Source: an uncultured cyanobacterium (lineage in GTDB: Bacteria > Cyanobacteriota > Cyanobacteriia > Cyanobacteriales > Microcystaceae). Taken from it: a stretch of 64,000 nucleotides of DNA. This document shows positions 31,543-41,724 of this stretch, one piece after another. The translations under genes and the position numbers were made by a program. The first letter of the stretch is position 1; each line of letters opens with the position of its first letter. The notes below the pieces were generated by a model. That model did no database searches. It was not told where the DNA came from and saw only the letters and a program-made list of their open reading frames with translations. The stretch is taken from contig CAWEDJ010000028.1 of assembly GCA_963807635.1 (NCBI GenBank), positions 60,823-124,822 on the forward strand, in the 5' to 3' direction.

Positions 31543-33478
31543 GAGCAAGAAGAGGACCAGATTCAAGGTCGATGCCAGGCTCGTCTTCATAGCCCTTCTG
31601 GCATCCGTCGCCTTCTCATCGTACCTTGCGTACTCCACGTTCGTTACCGCTTCCGTCGCATATGGCAAGCTCTCGGCAGACCTGCTGCTGGGCTGCTGCA
31701 TAGGGATCGGGGTGGGGGGCGTGGTGTACCTGGGCGACTACTGGGGGGAGACGTTCGAAGCGAACATACCCTTCATCATGAGGGAGAGGCCCACGGTCGC
31801 GCGGATCAGGGAGAGCTACTCCACCAAGTTCATCTCGTCCCACAGGAGGCTCGCGGACGCCGCGCAGGGCGGCGCCATCGGGCTCAGGAAGGACATAACG
31901 GAGGCGGGCATCGCCGCCAGCCCGTACGAGCTCGTCAGCAGGTCCATCTTCTTTGCCCTCGTGGCTGCCTTCATAGCGATACCGGGGTCCATCGTCCTGA
32001 CCGTGGTCCTCAGGAGCCCGCTGTTCCTGGGGATCGCCGTCGTCCCGGCCATCGTCCTCGCCTTTCCGAGGGTCCGCCTGAAGAGCCTGAGGGGTGACAG
32101 GAACAGGAGGCTTGAAGACGAGATGCCATTCTTCGTGACGTATGCCGCGATAATGCAGATGGTGGGCCTCTCCCTCTACAACTCCTTCATGAACATCATA
32201 GGGAGGGGCGCGTTCAGGCAGATAGAGCAGGACGCGCTCCTGATCAAGCGCGACGCCATCTTCTTCGAAGAGGACCCCGTCAGCGCCCTGGAGGCGATCG
32301 GAAGGACCCATCCGAACGAGAAGATGAAGACCCTCCTGCTCGGGTATACGTCAGTGTGGCGCTCCGGGGGAGATATGACCTCCTACCTGGAGGCCAAGGC
32401 CAGCGACTACCTCCACGACATGAGGTTCCGGTGGCAGAAGTACGCGAACTCCACTTCAGACATCGGCGAGATGATGGTCTCCCTCTTCTTCGTCCTGCCC
32501 ATCCTCATCCTCACGGCGATGTTCGTCATGCCCTCGGCGATGGCCTCCATGATGAGCCTGCTGACGATAGTCGTCGTCCCGACCCTCATAACGGCGACGC
32601 TGATGGCCGTCTCGGCGGCGCAGCCGAAGACGGGGGACGAAATCTCGGGGAACTGGAAGGGGGCCGTAGTAGCCGGGGGGCTGGCCGGCCTGGTCACCCT
32701 CCCCCTCAACCAGCCGTGGATATCCCTGGCCGCCGGCGTGATAGGCGCGACCGCCCTCTACGGCCTGTCCGTTACGTTGCAGCTCAAGGAGATAAGGATG
32801 GTCGAGGGCGCCCTCCCCCAGTTCGTGAGGGACCTGACGGAATACATGAAGATGGGCTACGACATGCAGAAGGCGCTGGCGAAGATAGCCAAGGAGAACA
32901 GGTACAACAGGCTCTTCGACGCGTACGTCAGGGCCGTGGTCAGGCACCTGGACCTGGGGTTGAGCATGGGGGAGATCCGCATAAGGCTGAGGTCCTCGCT
33001 CGCCAACACCGTCTTCTTCCTCCTCTCCGAGGTCCTGGAATCGGGAGGGGGCTCCCCCGCGGCGCTGGAGGGCCTGAGCAACTTCATCAACGAAGTGAAC
33101 AGGATCAAGAGCGAGACGAAGACGCTCATGCGCATGTACGACGTTCTGACGTACGCCACGCCCCTCGGCCTGGCCTTCGCGATGACCATCATGACGGTCC
33201 TGCTGACGTCCTTCTCTTCGACCCTGGGGTCGAGCGCCGCCGCGATGGGCGGCCTCTTTTCGGGGACCATATCCCCGGCGGCGGTGCAGATCTCCGACCT
33301 TTTGGTGGTGATCGCCTCCGCCGGCGTGGCCCTGATAGGGGGGAAGGCGATAGACTTCACGTCGAAGAGCACCCTGAGGGTGGCCGTCAACGTGGCCCTT
33401 GCGGCGGTTTCGATATCTCTCGTCACGACGTACGCCCAGGGCATGATAACGGGCCTGCTGGGGGCGTTTCACGTTTAG
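31526..33478 (+). CDS. Type II secretion F family platform protein (TadC/FlaJ-like, two domains)
   Basis: Polytopic membrane protein with duplicated EMPFFV/ALPQFVRDL...SGG motifs; follows the ATPase. Confidence 0.85.
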   Translation: MSQQAESKKRTRFKVDARLVFIALLASVAFSSYLAYSTFVTASVAYGKLSADLLLGCCIGIGVGGVVYLGDYWGETFEANIPFIMRERPTVARIRESYSTKFISSHRRLADAAQGGAIGLRKDITEAGIAASPYELVSRSIFFALVAAFIAIPGSIVLTVVLRSPLFLGIAVVPAIVLAFPRVRLKSLRGDRNRRLEDEMPFFVTYAAIMQMVGLSLYNSFMNIIGRGAFRQIEQDALLIKRDAIFFEEDPVSALEAIGRTHPNEKMKTLLLGYTSVWRSGGDMTSYLEAKASDYLHDMRFRWQKYANSTSDIGEMMVSLFFVLPILILTAMFVMPSAMASMMSLLTIVVVPTLITATLMAVSAAQPKTGDEISGNWKGAVVAGGLAGLVTLPLNQPWISLAAGVIGATALYGLSVTLQLKEIRMVEGALPQFVRDLTEYMKMGYDMQKALAKIAKENRYNRLFDAYVRAVVRHLDLGLSMGEIRIRLRSSLANTVFFLLSEVLESGGGSPAALEGLSNFINEVNRIKSETKTLMRMYDVLTYATPLGLAFAMTIMTVLLTSFSSTLGSSAAAMGGLFSGTISPAAVQISDLLVVIASAGVALIGGKAIDFTSKSTLRVAVNVALAAVSISLVTTYAQGMITGLLGAFHV

Positions 33479-33483
33479 CCGCC

Positions 33484-33489
33484 TTAAAA
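33484..33489 (+). promoter_or_regulatory. Archaeal TATA box of pilin 4
   Basis: TTAAAA 35 nt before ATG 33519. Confidence 0.55.
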
Positions 33490-33518
33490 CCAGCCCGGAC
33501 ACATGCCGGCGACCAACG

Positions 33519-33986
33519 ATGCCACACCGCAGGGGCGCAAGCGAAGTGCTCGGCGCTCTCGTACTGCTGGCCATCGTGATAGCGGCCTTCGGGTTCGTGG
33601 TCAGCACGTTCTACGCCAGGACGCAGGAACAGACGGCGAACATCATGGAAGAGTACGACAAGGGGACGATAAGGCAGGGGGAGCTCCTCACCCTCATATA
33701 CCACTGGGAGCAGGTGAGTGCCAACCAGACGGTGATCAGGGTCGGGCTTTTCAACGCCGGGTTCTACAACGTATCCATACAGGATGTCTTCATTTCTGGG
33801 CAGCAGTCGAGCGACTGGGAGCTTACCGATGCCGACGGGAACCCGATGAGCGCGATCGCGCCACAACAGCTGGCGATCCTGACGGTAACGGTTCCCTATT
33901 CGGTCCCCGGGGCAGGGCCCGGAGGGAGCGGCTACGAGGTCTTCCTCTACGGGACCGACAACCTGGCCTATGTGTGGGAGCTGTGA
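33519..33986 (+). CDS. Archaeal type IV minor pilin 4
   Basis: RRG/ASEVLGALVLLAIVI class III signal; FNAG motif. Confidence 0.8.
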   Translation: MPHRRGASEVLGALVLLAIVIAAFGFVVSTFYARTQEQTANIMEEYDKGTIRQGELLTLIYHWEQVSANQTVIRVGLFNAGFYNVSIQDVFISGQQSSDWELTDADGNPMSAIAPQQLAILTVTVPYSVPGAGPGGSGYEVFLYGTDNLAYVWEL

Positions 33987-34072
33987 ACTACCCACGACCG
34001 AAGTCGTGGGCTTCCCGCTTCCTCGACTGAAACTTGCTTATCCGTCTGACAAGTAGAGGCTCTGTCTCAGCG
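33983..34072 (-). mobile_element. IS200/IS605 right-end remnant with a TnpB omegaRNA-like scaffold
   Basis: Minus strand reads GAGCCTCTAC...GCAAGTTTCAGTCGAGGAAGCGGGAAGCCCACGACTTCGGTCGTGGGTAGTTCAC, with a subterminal hairpin, a TTCAC end and a TnpB-like tail AETEPLL...REAHDFGRG*. Confidence 0.75.
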
Positions 34073-34243
34073 CGGACCCGTTACAGAAGTGGATCCAGAA
34101 GGACTAGTCTACAAGGACTTGAACCAATAGATATCCGGGTGTTACTGATTTGCCTGCATAGAAGACTGTCAGGGAGAGGCGCCCATGCATTGGCCCCCAG
34201 CGAAAGCAAAGTATTATGAACATGACAAGTCACAGGTAGTTCA

Positions 34244-37214
34244 ATGCCCACGAACTCGTCTGCCGGTGCGGCCGGCGAGAATACCTTTAGTGCAAGGCTG
34301 GCGGCACTGCTTCGGCGACGGGGTTTCCCGGACGCCGATTTCGAACGTCTCTTTGAAGTGGTCGACTCGATTACGGCCAAGAAAGTGCAGCGGAAACCCG
34401 ATGTGGTGTTCTCGAATGGTGGCGTCAACATCGTCAGTGCGAAGGAAGGGGAGCGCAGGGAGAGAGAGGCCATAGCTACTGCGATTGGGTATCTACGTGA
34501 TATGTCCGCATCGGTCAGGTTGGGAGAGGTCTTCGCTGTCACCTACCCCATCAAAAACAAGGATGAGAAATACCATCTTCACGTGCTTCCAACTCAGGGT
34601 CACCAGGAGGTCTCTCTGGTCCTGGAGAACATGGATGAGGTGTGCAGCGCGATGCTGGAGGCAGTTCAAGGGAGAGTCGCAGAGATTGAAAGAAGGCAGG
34701 AACCTGTGCAAGATGAAGCGAGGCGTATACTACGATATGCGGCCTTCGACCTTTCTGAATCGCTGCGCGGCATTTCCGAATCAAGCCTTGAGGAGATTTT
34801 CGGTGGTCACCATTTCTTTCAGGCCGCATTGGCAACACTGTTGAAGCCAGATGAAAGGATAGAGGCGCTTCATCTAGGCCCTGCTTATCTCTTCATCGAC
34901 CAGATACTTTTCTATGTGTTGCTGTCCCAGGCTGCGACTTCATCAGGAAAGCCTCACCTCTATCCGCGCATAGCCATCGGAGACCGGAATTCCCCCGTCT
35001 CGCTGAGTGAGAAATACTTCGATAGAGTGAGGAGCAAGGACTATGATCCGATATACGGACCGGATGTTGCGAGACTGTTCGAAGGTGCCAAAGTTGGCCA
35101 GCCTGTAGAAGAAATCGTGGATACCATAATGGAATTGGGACCAAAATTGGCGGTCCCTGACCTAGTCGGACAGATATTCCAGAGCCTTATCCCGCTCTCA
35201 ATTAGGAAGCCGCTCGGCGCCCACTACACCAATCCTAATGCCGCAGCCCTCCTCGCCCGTCTCTCTATTGATGACAAGGACGCTGTCATTCTGGACCCAG
35301 CTTGCGGCAGCGGAACTCTTCTCGTAGCTGGATACAAGAGGAAGATGGAGTTGTCTGGACCTTCTGGTCGAGGCGATAAGCATCGCCAGTTCGTTGAGCA
35401 TGACATAACCGGGATTGACGCGATGGCATTCTCATGCCACTTGGCAGCGGTGAATCTCGCTTTGCAACAGCCGCTGCTTGAGACAGACTATGTCAGAATC
35501 GGAAGGGCCGATTCGACGCTGCTCCACCCAAAGGACATCATCAAGCCTCCTAGCGAGTCCATGCAATATGAGTCGAAGCAGACCAGAATCTTGGATGATT
35601 TCTCAAAGAAGGGTTCTTCTGCTGCTCGAATCCCGTCAATGAAAGAGGGACATGCTGAACCAATCACGCTGTCGAAAGTCGACCTTGTGATCATGAATCC
35701 CCCCATTTACTTCACAGAATAACTTGGCCCCTGAGTATCGCGCTTCCCTGAAGAACAATTTTTCATATCCAACGGAGCATCAAAAAGTCGTTTTCTGGAA
35801 GACAAGTCAACAGGTCTACTTTCTGTTGCTTGCTGATAGATTCCTGAACTCTGGTGGGAAGATTGCGGCAGTTCTGCCCCTTACGACCTTCACCGGCCAT
35901 GCCTTCCATCCGCTAATTCGCTTCCTCGTAAGCAACTACAAGATTGGATATGTCATCGTTGGGCTCGGACGATCCTCTTTCAGTGAAGATACTAGCTTGA
36001 CGGAGTGCCTCTTTGTCGGGAGGAAGGAGAAGCCTGCACCGGGCTCAAAGTTCAAGCTCATAGGCATCAGTGATCGCACTGAAGAGTTGACGACCGGAAT
36101 AATAGACCGAATTGTGCGCAGCGCGGTAGATGGCTCTAGCACACCGCAGGAAGTTGTCGTCAGAGAGATAGACCAACTCGACCTTCTGCCGGAGAACTCA
36201 ACCCTGTCAACGCTGGTGTTCAGGCTTGATCCCGACTTTGAGGAAGCCTGGCTCGAACTGGCGCGCGCTCAATCCTCATCCCGCATCCCTCTAATCAAGG
36301 TCAGGGACCTCTTTGGGAGGGGAGTGGAGGTCACCGAGGTGTATCATGGCGATTATAGACCTCTTAAAGTTGGACCCAAGGCCATAATGGGATGCAGGAC
36401 CGAAGAGAGGGCGCTCAAGGATGTTGACCGGCTTGTATTCGATAGGCAGGAAGGAGATTTCGCATACTTTGTCGACAAGGATAATCCTGCAGCGATATAC
36501 TCCTTTCCGGCCACTGAGCTTGCTGGCTGTCTGAGGCGATTCTCATACCTTCAGACAATCGATATCTCTGGGAAGACGGACTTCATTGTGAGCAAGGTAA
36601 GCCCCTACCTGGAGAAGACGATGCTCGCGTTCTATACGACTCATCAAGCGAAGCGGTTCATGCAGGATATCCGACGGTCTAAATGGACTGACATCATTCG
36701 AAATGGGTCCTCGCGAATCAACATCATGGCCAGAGTCAATCTAGCTGCTCCCGGGACTATCATGCTCTGCTATAGAGCAAGTGAAACCGTCTTCTTAGCC
36801 GGCGCTTATGGATATAATGTGAAAGGACTTGCAAATCCTAGGCAGGAGAAGCTGTTCACGCTTTGGTATAATTCCAGCATGTCCCTCATAGAATTGTTGT
36901 CAAAGGCGACCGTCACACAAGGCACCTACATGAAGTTCGAACAGTTCACCACGGAGCGAGTAACGATGCCTGACCCAGACCTTCTGACCGACATACAATG
37001 GAATCGGGTTGAGAAGCTTTGGGACGACGTCTCTACCGAGCCCCTCCCATCCCTACTGACCCAGCTGCAAGATGGTAACGCTGTGAGGGACAGACTCGAT
37101 GTTGAACTCCTAGAATTGGTCGGACTTCACCACACTGAGGCTCAAGCAGTATCTAAGAAGTTGCAAAGGGGCGCGTTATCCGTCATTACACTGTTACGAA
37201 AGACTATGGAATAG
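34244..37214 (+). CDS. Type IIG-like restriction-modification enzyme / N6-adenine methyltransferase (~990 aa), frameshift in a C-run ~35703
   Basis: LGAHYT, ILDPACGSGTLL (motif I) and MNPP(F) (motif IV); N-terminal KPDVV...SAK could be a PD-(D/E)xK nuclease. Confidence 0.8.
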
Positions 37215-37411
37215 CTACGACCTCCATCTTAGCCTTGGAAAGATTAGTCAACGGCGCGACCCACTATGCGAGCAGGTACGGAAGGATTCGAACCGAGGAC
37301 AACTTAAACCGCGATTCGGCCCCGAACCAAGTCTACGGAGAAATTTCCCGCATCGCGACATGATTCCGTTGTAGTATTACAGAGAATGCTGGATCTAGCA
37401 TAGAAGAATCC

Positions 37412-38170
37412 CTAAATGATGTTGGTCATTCGTGCCAAGTCGTCTATATGCCCTATATGGAAGAAGTAACTCGCATAAGTACTGACATCCTCAAGCTTGG
37501 AATAGTAGTTCAACAATTCAAGATAATCGAACTCCCTGTACGGCCACGAAACAGAGCCCGAACCGGGTTGGTAGTCCTCGAACCCATTTTTTGGTTGGTG
37601 GGATTAAAAGTTAAATAGGAATGAGCTATGGCGTTGCGCAAATGGTTTTCATAGCCATTAAAGAGAACATCGGTGTTTCTTAGGTTTGACATTCAGCCCA
37701 GTTCACTTTGCAGACTCAGACAAACTCATCGCGTGTGGCGTTGGAAAAGACATCGGATTCCCACCAGCGTGACTGGCTAGAACGTAAACGACTCTAATTG
37801 ATTGGTCGTAAACCCCTTCCACGGCCATCAGGTACACAAAGCTGAGAAGCAGCATTCTCTCGTACATGTCACTGGTGTTTTTGAAGACCGAAACAACATT
37901 CTTAATATTAATCTCTGCCTTTCTTCGCGTTTCTATATTGGGCAGGACGGCGCTTAGTGCGTTATAGTGTTGCATAGACCCACGGATTCCCCTGTAGTAG
38001 GTTGGAGCTCTCCCAAGGCATCGTGGATTTCCTTCCTGTATGGTTGGGCGGACCATTCGGTCTCAAAGGTGACATATACGTGGTCCAATCGGATCGGCCA
38101 AATCTTCTAAAGTCGACGCTGACCTCATACTAAACTCCAATGCTTCAACCGCTCTTGCGGTTGCAGGCAT
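37412..38170 (-). CDS. HEPN-like protein with several apparent frameshifts
   Basis: Helical protein with HLRNAIAH (RxxxxH) motif, pieced together from ORFs 37703-38056, 37510-37692 and flanking frames. Confidence 0.45.
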
Positions 38171-38247
38171 TCAATCTCCATCAAAAGATAACACAAAAGG
38201 ATGCAAAGCATCGGCTCTTTGGGCAGCGTTAGTCCATATTTGGGTAA

Positions 38248-39090
38248 TGGCCAAGACGGTCGCGCTGGTATGGCGGAGAGACGGCCAGGTCACCGAGTGG
38301 AACCCGACCTTCGCGGCGGTCATGCTGGAACTGGGGGTCGGGGTGGAGCTGTGCTGGCCGGCGAGCCCTGAACAGAAAGGGGCGGTCGAGAACCTGGTCG
38401 GATGGGTCAAAGGCTCGTTCTTCAAACAGAGGCGTTTCCTGGACGAGAAGGACCTGCACGAGCAGCTGGCGCAGTGGCTGCAGGAGACCAACGAGAGCCG
38501 CCCCTCGCGTGCCACCGGCGTCATCCCCGCCGTTCGCCTGACCGAGGAACGGCCACGATTGAGGCCCCTGAAGGTCAGCCCCCAACAGTTGGCGCTGCGC
38601 GTCCCGGTGTTCGTCGGGCCCACCGGCATGGTGACCCATGACGGTCATCTGTACTCGATGCCCGCAGAGGCGATCGCGATCTCGGGCGCTGTGTACCTCT
38701 ACCAGGATCGCTTGTGCATCGTTGCCGGTCGCCATGAGGCCACTCATCCGCGGTTGACCGACCCCCGGCGCCCGCTCGATTCTGCCCGAGCACCGCGCCT
38801 CGGCTGTGGCGGCAGTCTCGGGCAAGCGCGCCCGCCGTTACCTCAAGCGCGAGCATCTGCTGCAGCTCGGGGAGGCAGCTCACAGTTACCTCACCGAACT
38901 CGTTCACCGACGGCCCAATCTTTGGGTCATCGAGGTCGAGCAGTTGCACGACCTGCTGCTGACCCACGGCGACGATGCCCTGCGCAACGCATTCCTCAAG
39001 GGGCTTCAGGAGCAACTGTTCGGTGCCAAGTACGTCCGACACTACCTCGCTGCCACCCCGCTGCTGGCCGCCTCGGGGGTCACGCCATGA
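38248..39090 (+). pseudogene. istA: IS21 transposase, 5'-truncated, frameshift ~38767
   Basis: KTV...QKGAVENLVGWVK and HLYSMP motifs; begins mid-catalytic domain. Confidence 0.85.
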
Positions 39091-39896
39091 ATCCTGCGCC
39101 CACGGACATCGATCTGGAGGCGGTGTTGAAGCGGCTGAACCTCGCCAATACACGTAGGGTCTATCGATCTCTCATCCAGAGAGCCGAGAGCGAGCAGTGG
39201 TCCTACGGTGCCTTTCTCTCGGTGCTGGTCTCCGAGGAGGTCGCCCATCGGTATCAGACCCGCATCCAGCGACTGACACGCCGCGCCGGGTACCCGTTCC
39301 TCAAGACCGTCGAGGAGTTTGACTTCAGTTTCCAGTCCACGGTGCGACTGGCCTTGCTGGGATCCTCCCTCTCTGCCGACTTCGTCACCGAGGGTCGCTC
39401 CCTGGTCTTCATCGGCAAGCCAGGACGCGGCAAGACCCACTTGGCGGTCGCCATCGCTTATCGCGCAATCCAGACCGGCTTCGATGCCCTGTTCGTCACT
39501 GCCGCGCAATTGATCGACGAGCTGTCCACCGCCTTCCGTGCCGGCCGACTCTCCCAGGCCCTCCCGCGCTACACTCACCCGGCGGTCTTGGTCGTCGATG
39601 AGGTCGGTTACCTGACCTACGGAACCGACGCTGCCAACGTGCTCTTCCACGTCGTCAACGACCGCCACCTGAAGCGCCGCTCGATGATCTTCACCACCAA
39701 CAAACACCCCAGGCAATGGGGAGCGGTCCTTCACGACGACGATCTGGCCGCCGCCATCGTCGACCGCATCCTGGAGCGCGGACGCACGATGCAGCTCGAC
39801 GGTCCCTCCATGCGCACACGCCACCTCGGACTTGACGAACCGACAGCCTCGGGGCTATCCAGTCAACCTGTCAGAATTTCTGGAATCCACCCTTAG
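39087..39896 (+). CDS. istB: IS21 helper AAA+ ATPase
   Basis: FDFSFQ, GKPGRGKTHLA, VVDEVGY and AIVDRIL motifs; ATGA overlap with istA. Confidence 0.93.
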   Translation: MNPAPTDIDLEAVLKRLNLANTRRVYRSLIQRAESEQWSYGAFLSVLVSEEVAHRYQTRIQRLTRRAGYPFLKTVEEFDFSFQSTVRLALLGSSLSADFVTEGRSLVFIGKPGRGKTHLAVAIAYRAIQTGFDALFVTAAQLIDELSTAFRAGRLSQALPRYTHPAVLVVDEVGYLTYGTDAANVLFHVVNDRHLKRRSMIFTTNKHPRQWGAVLHDDDLAAAIVDRILERGRTMQLDGPSMRTRHLGLDEPTASGLSSQPVRISGIHP

Positions 39897-39960
39897 AGTT
39901 TCTCGGAACCCACAGCGGACTCGGATGGCGCTTTCGCTTCTATCACATGAAACAGATACT

Positions 39961-40069
39961 CAGGCTGTCGATTTATCGCTTTTTCCCACTTTGGCAAATT
40001 CGTAATTCTATACAATGCAAGTAATTACTATTTTCAGAATTCTCCAAAATAGGTTAAATCGACAGCCTG
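39961..40069. mobile_element. 109-bp MITE
   Basis: 15-bp perfect IR CAGGCTGTCGATTTA / TAAATCGACAGCCTG; ACT on both flanks; AT-rich non-coding core. Confidence 0.7.
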
Positions 40070-40215
40070 ACTGATTGGTTGTTGCATAGGTTCGATAGGC
40101 CCTGTCACGACACGCCGAACCTTTCTTTTTTGACAAGCCGGCTCCGTATGGCTATGTCTCGCGGGACCGTCTCCGGCGGCATTCAAAAATCAATAGCGTC
40201 AAAAGCGGAGGCCTA

Positions 40216-41497
40216 AGTGGTCCGTTTCGCAATCTCGATGACGTATTCATGCGGTGAGCCTGCTCTGTTCAGCATCCTCGCGGAGCTTCCTCAGCATCCG
40301 TGACAGGTCCTCTCGGGTGAACTTCCATTCGAATGGCTTCGCAACTCTCTCATAGTGCCTCTCGAACTCCTTCAGTCGTTGCGCTACCCCGTCCAGAGAG
40401 ACGAAGTCATTCGGCGTGAGCACCTTCCTCTGAACGATGCCGAAGTAGATCTCCATCTGATTCAGCCAACTCGCATGTACAGGGAGGTGCACCAGCTGCG
40501 CATTCGGCCACTTGCTCCTCATCCGTTCGATGGACGGCTTTCCACGATGAGAGGAACCGTTGTCCACGATCCAGAAGACCCGTCGCGCCGAACGGTACGG
40601 CTCTCGGCTCATCACATCGGCAACAAGCCGCTCAAAGGCGGCAATCCCCGACTTCCTTTCGCACCGCCCGAAGACCTTCGCCCCCTTGACGTCCCATGCA
40701 GCCATGTAGGCCAGAGCACCACCCCGCTGGTATTCATGTTCAACCCTCATGCTTTGGCGCCCCTGAGGCGGCTGCGTCGGATGAATGCGTACGCGTGCCT
40801 GGATGCTGGTCTTCTCGTCGGAGCAGATCACGTATTCATCCGCTCCCAAGGCCTCTCCACCCCATATTCCCTGATACAGATCCAGCACTTGTCCCGCTTT
40901 CCCCTCAAACTCCGGGTCCCGCGGATAAATCCAACTCCGATGCTGCCATGGCTTTATCGCATCCTCATCCAGCCAGCGCCACACCGTCGCGCCGCTGATC
41001 TGGGCAACGATCCCCCTGACGCACCGCCTCCGCCGCTATCTCGCGACAACTGAACCGGGACAAGGGGATGCCCCTTTCATACGGAAGCTCGCAGGCAAGT
41101 GCCTTCACCTGCACGACTACCTCAGGGGGGAAAACCGGACGGCCGTCCGGGTCTCTCTCGATCCTCCAACCCTCCCATCCGTTCGAAGTAGAACCGTTTC
41201 CGCCATTTGGAGACGATCTGGCGCGGCAAATCCAGTCTCTGCCCGATTGTCTCGTTGTCCAATCCTTCCGCCGCCAGAAGGAGTACCTTCGCTCGCACAA
41301 CAACGTTGTAAGGGGCAGTGTACTTGCGGGAGAGCCTCTCCAGATACGCCTTCTCCCCTGCGGAAAGCACGATGGAATACGGGCTTTCGCGTGGCATATT
41401 CCCCTCCCAGAAGAAAATGCTACGCCCCTATTCTACCGTCTCAGTGATCCGCCGAACAACCTCCTCTTACGTCACCGTACTTGCGAAACAGACCACT
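40216..41497 (-). mobile_element. IS630 family element
   Basis: ~30-bp imperfect IR (AGTGGTCCGTTTCGCAA / AGTGGTCTGTTTCGCAA); TA duplication at 40214-15 and 41498-99. Confidence 0.9.
40247..41397 (-). CDS. IS630 transposase in split frames
   Basis: HTH ORF 41397-41122; DDE part with CSDEKT, VDNGSSH and SWLNQME; TTTTCCCCCC slippery site ~41125-41134. Confidence 0.88.
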
Positions 41498-41499
41498 TA

Positions 41500-41699
41500 G
41501 ACCCAAGTTCTACCTTCGGCAGGTCGAGCGTGAGCGTGACGACGCCTTGCACCGGATCCACGCCCATGCTCGTCAGCCTCAACCTCATCTCCCCGAGCGC
41601 CTGCACGGCCGGCGCCATACGACGCACCACGGCGCGGAGGTTCGATGCAATGACCTCATTCTCGTTCTTCGCCTTCTTCATGCGTTCCTCCTTCTTCAT
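41500..41699 (-). pseudogene. Small hypothetical ORF interrupted by IS630
   Basis: RBS-preceded MKKEERMKK... ORF runs into the IS630 end. Confidence 0.4.
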
Positions 41700-41724
41700 G
41701 CGCTCGCCCTCCCTCCTAAGATAA

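Larger units (their letters stand above)
38248..39914 (+). mobile_element. IS21 family element, left part missing
   Basis: istA-istB pair; right end carries repeated AGAATTTCTGGAA-like boxes and ends ...GGAACCCACA. Confidence 0.85.

Noticed and set aside
26470..33986. Archaellum operon
   Set aside because: No FlaH, FlaF or FlaG, and the subunits resemble pilins rather than archaellins
33983..34240. IscB/HEARO RNA on the plus strand
   Set aside because: The start resembles HEARO 5' ends, but no iscB follows, and the minus strand matches a TnpB C-terminal peptide and right end better
37260..37340. Complete tRNA gene
   Set aside because: Only the T-loop and 3' strand are recognisable; no D or anticodon arm
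26410..38245. Genuine transfer of an archaeal pilus island into a cyanobacterium
   Set aside because: It destroys secA, has no integration signatures or HIP1 amelioration, and the other flank belongs to a third organism; a chimera is far more parsimonious
38247..39896. Natural IstA-IstB fusion of 549 aa
   Set aside because: Caused by an indel at ~38767; the normal ATGA overlap between istA and istB is present at 39087-39090
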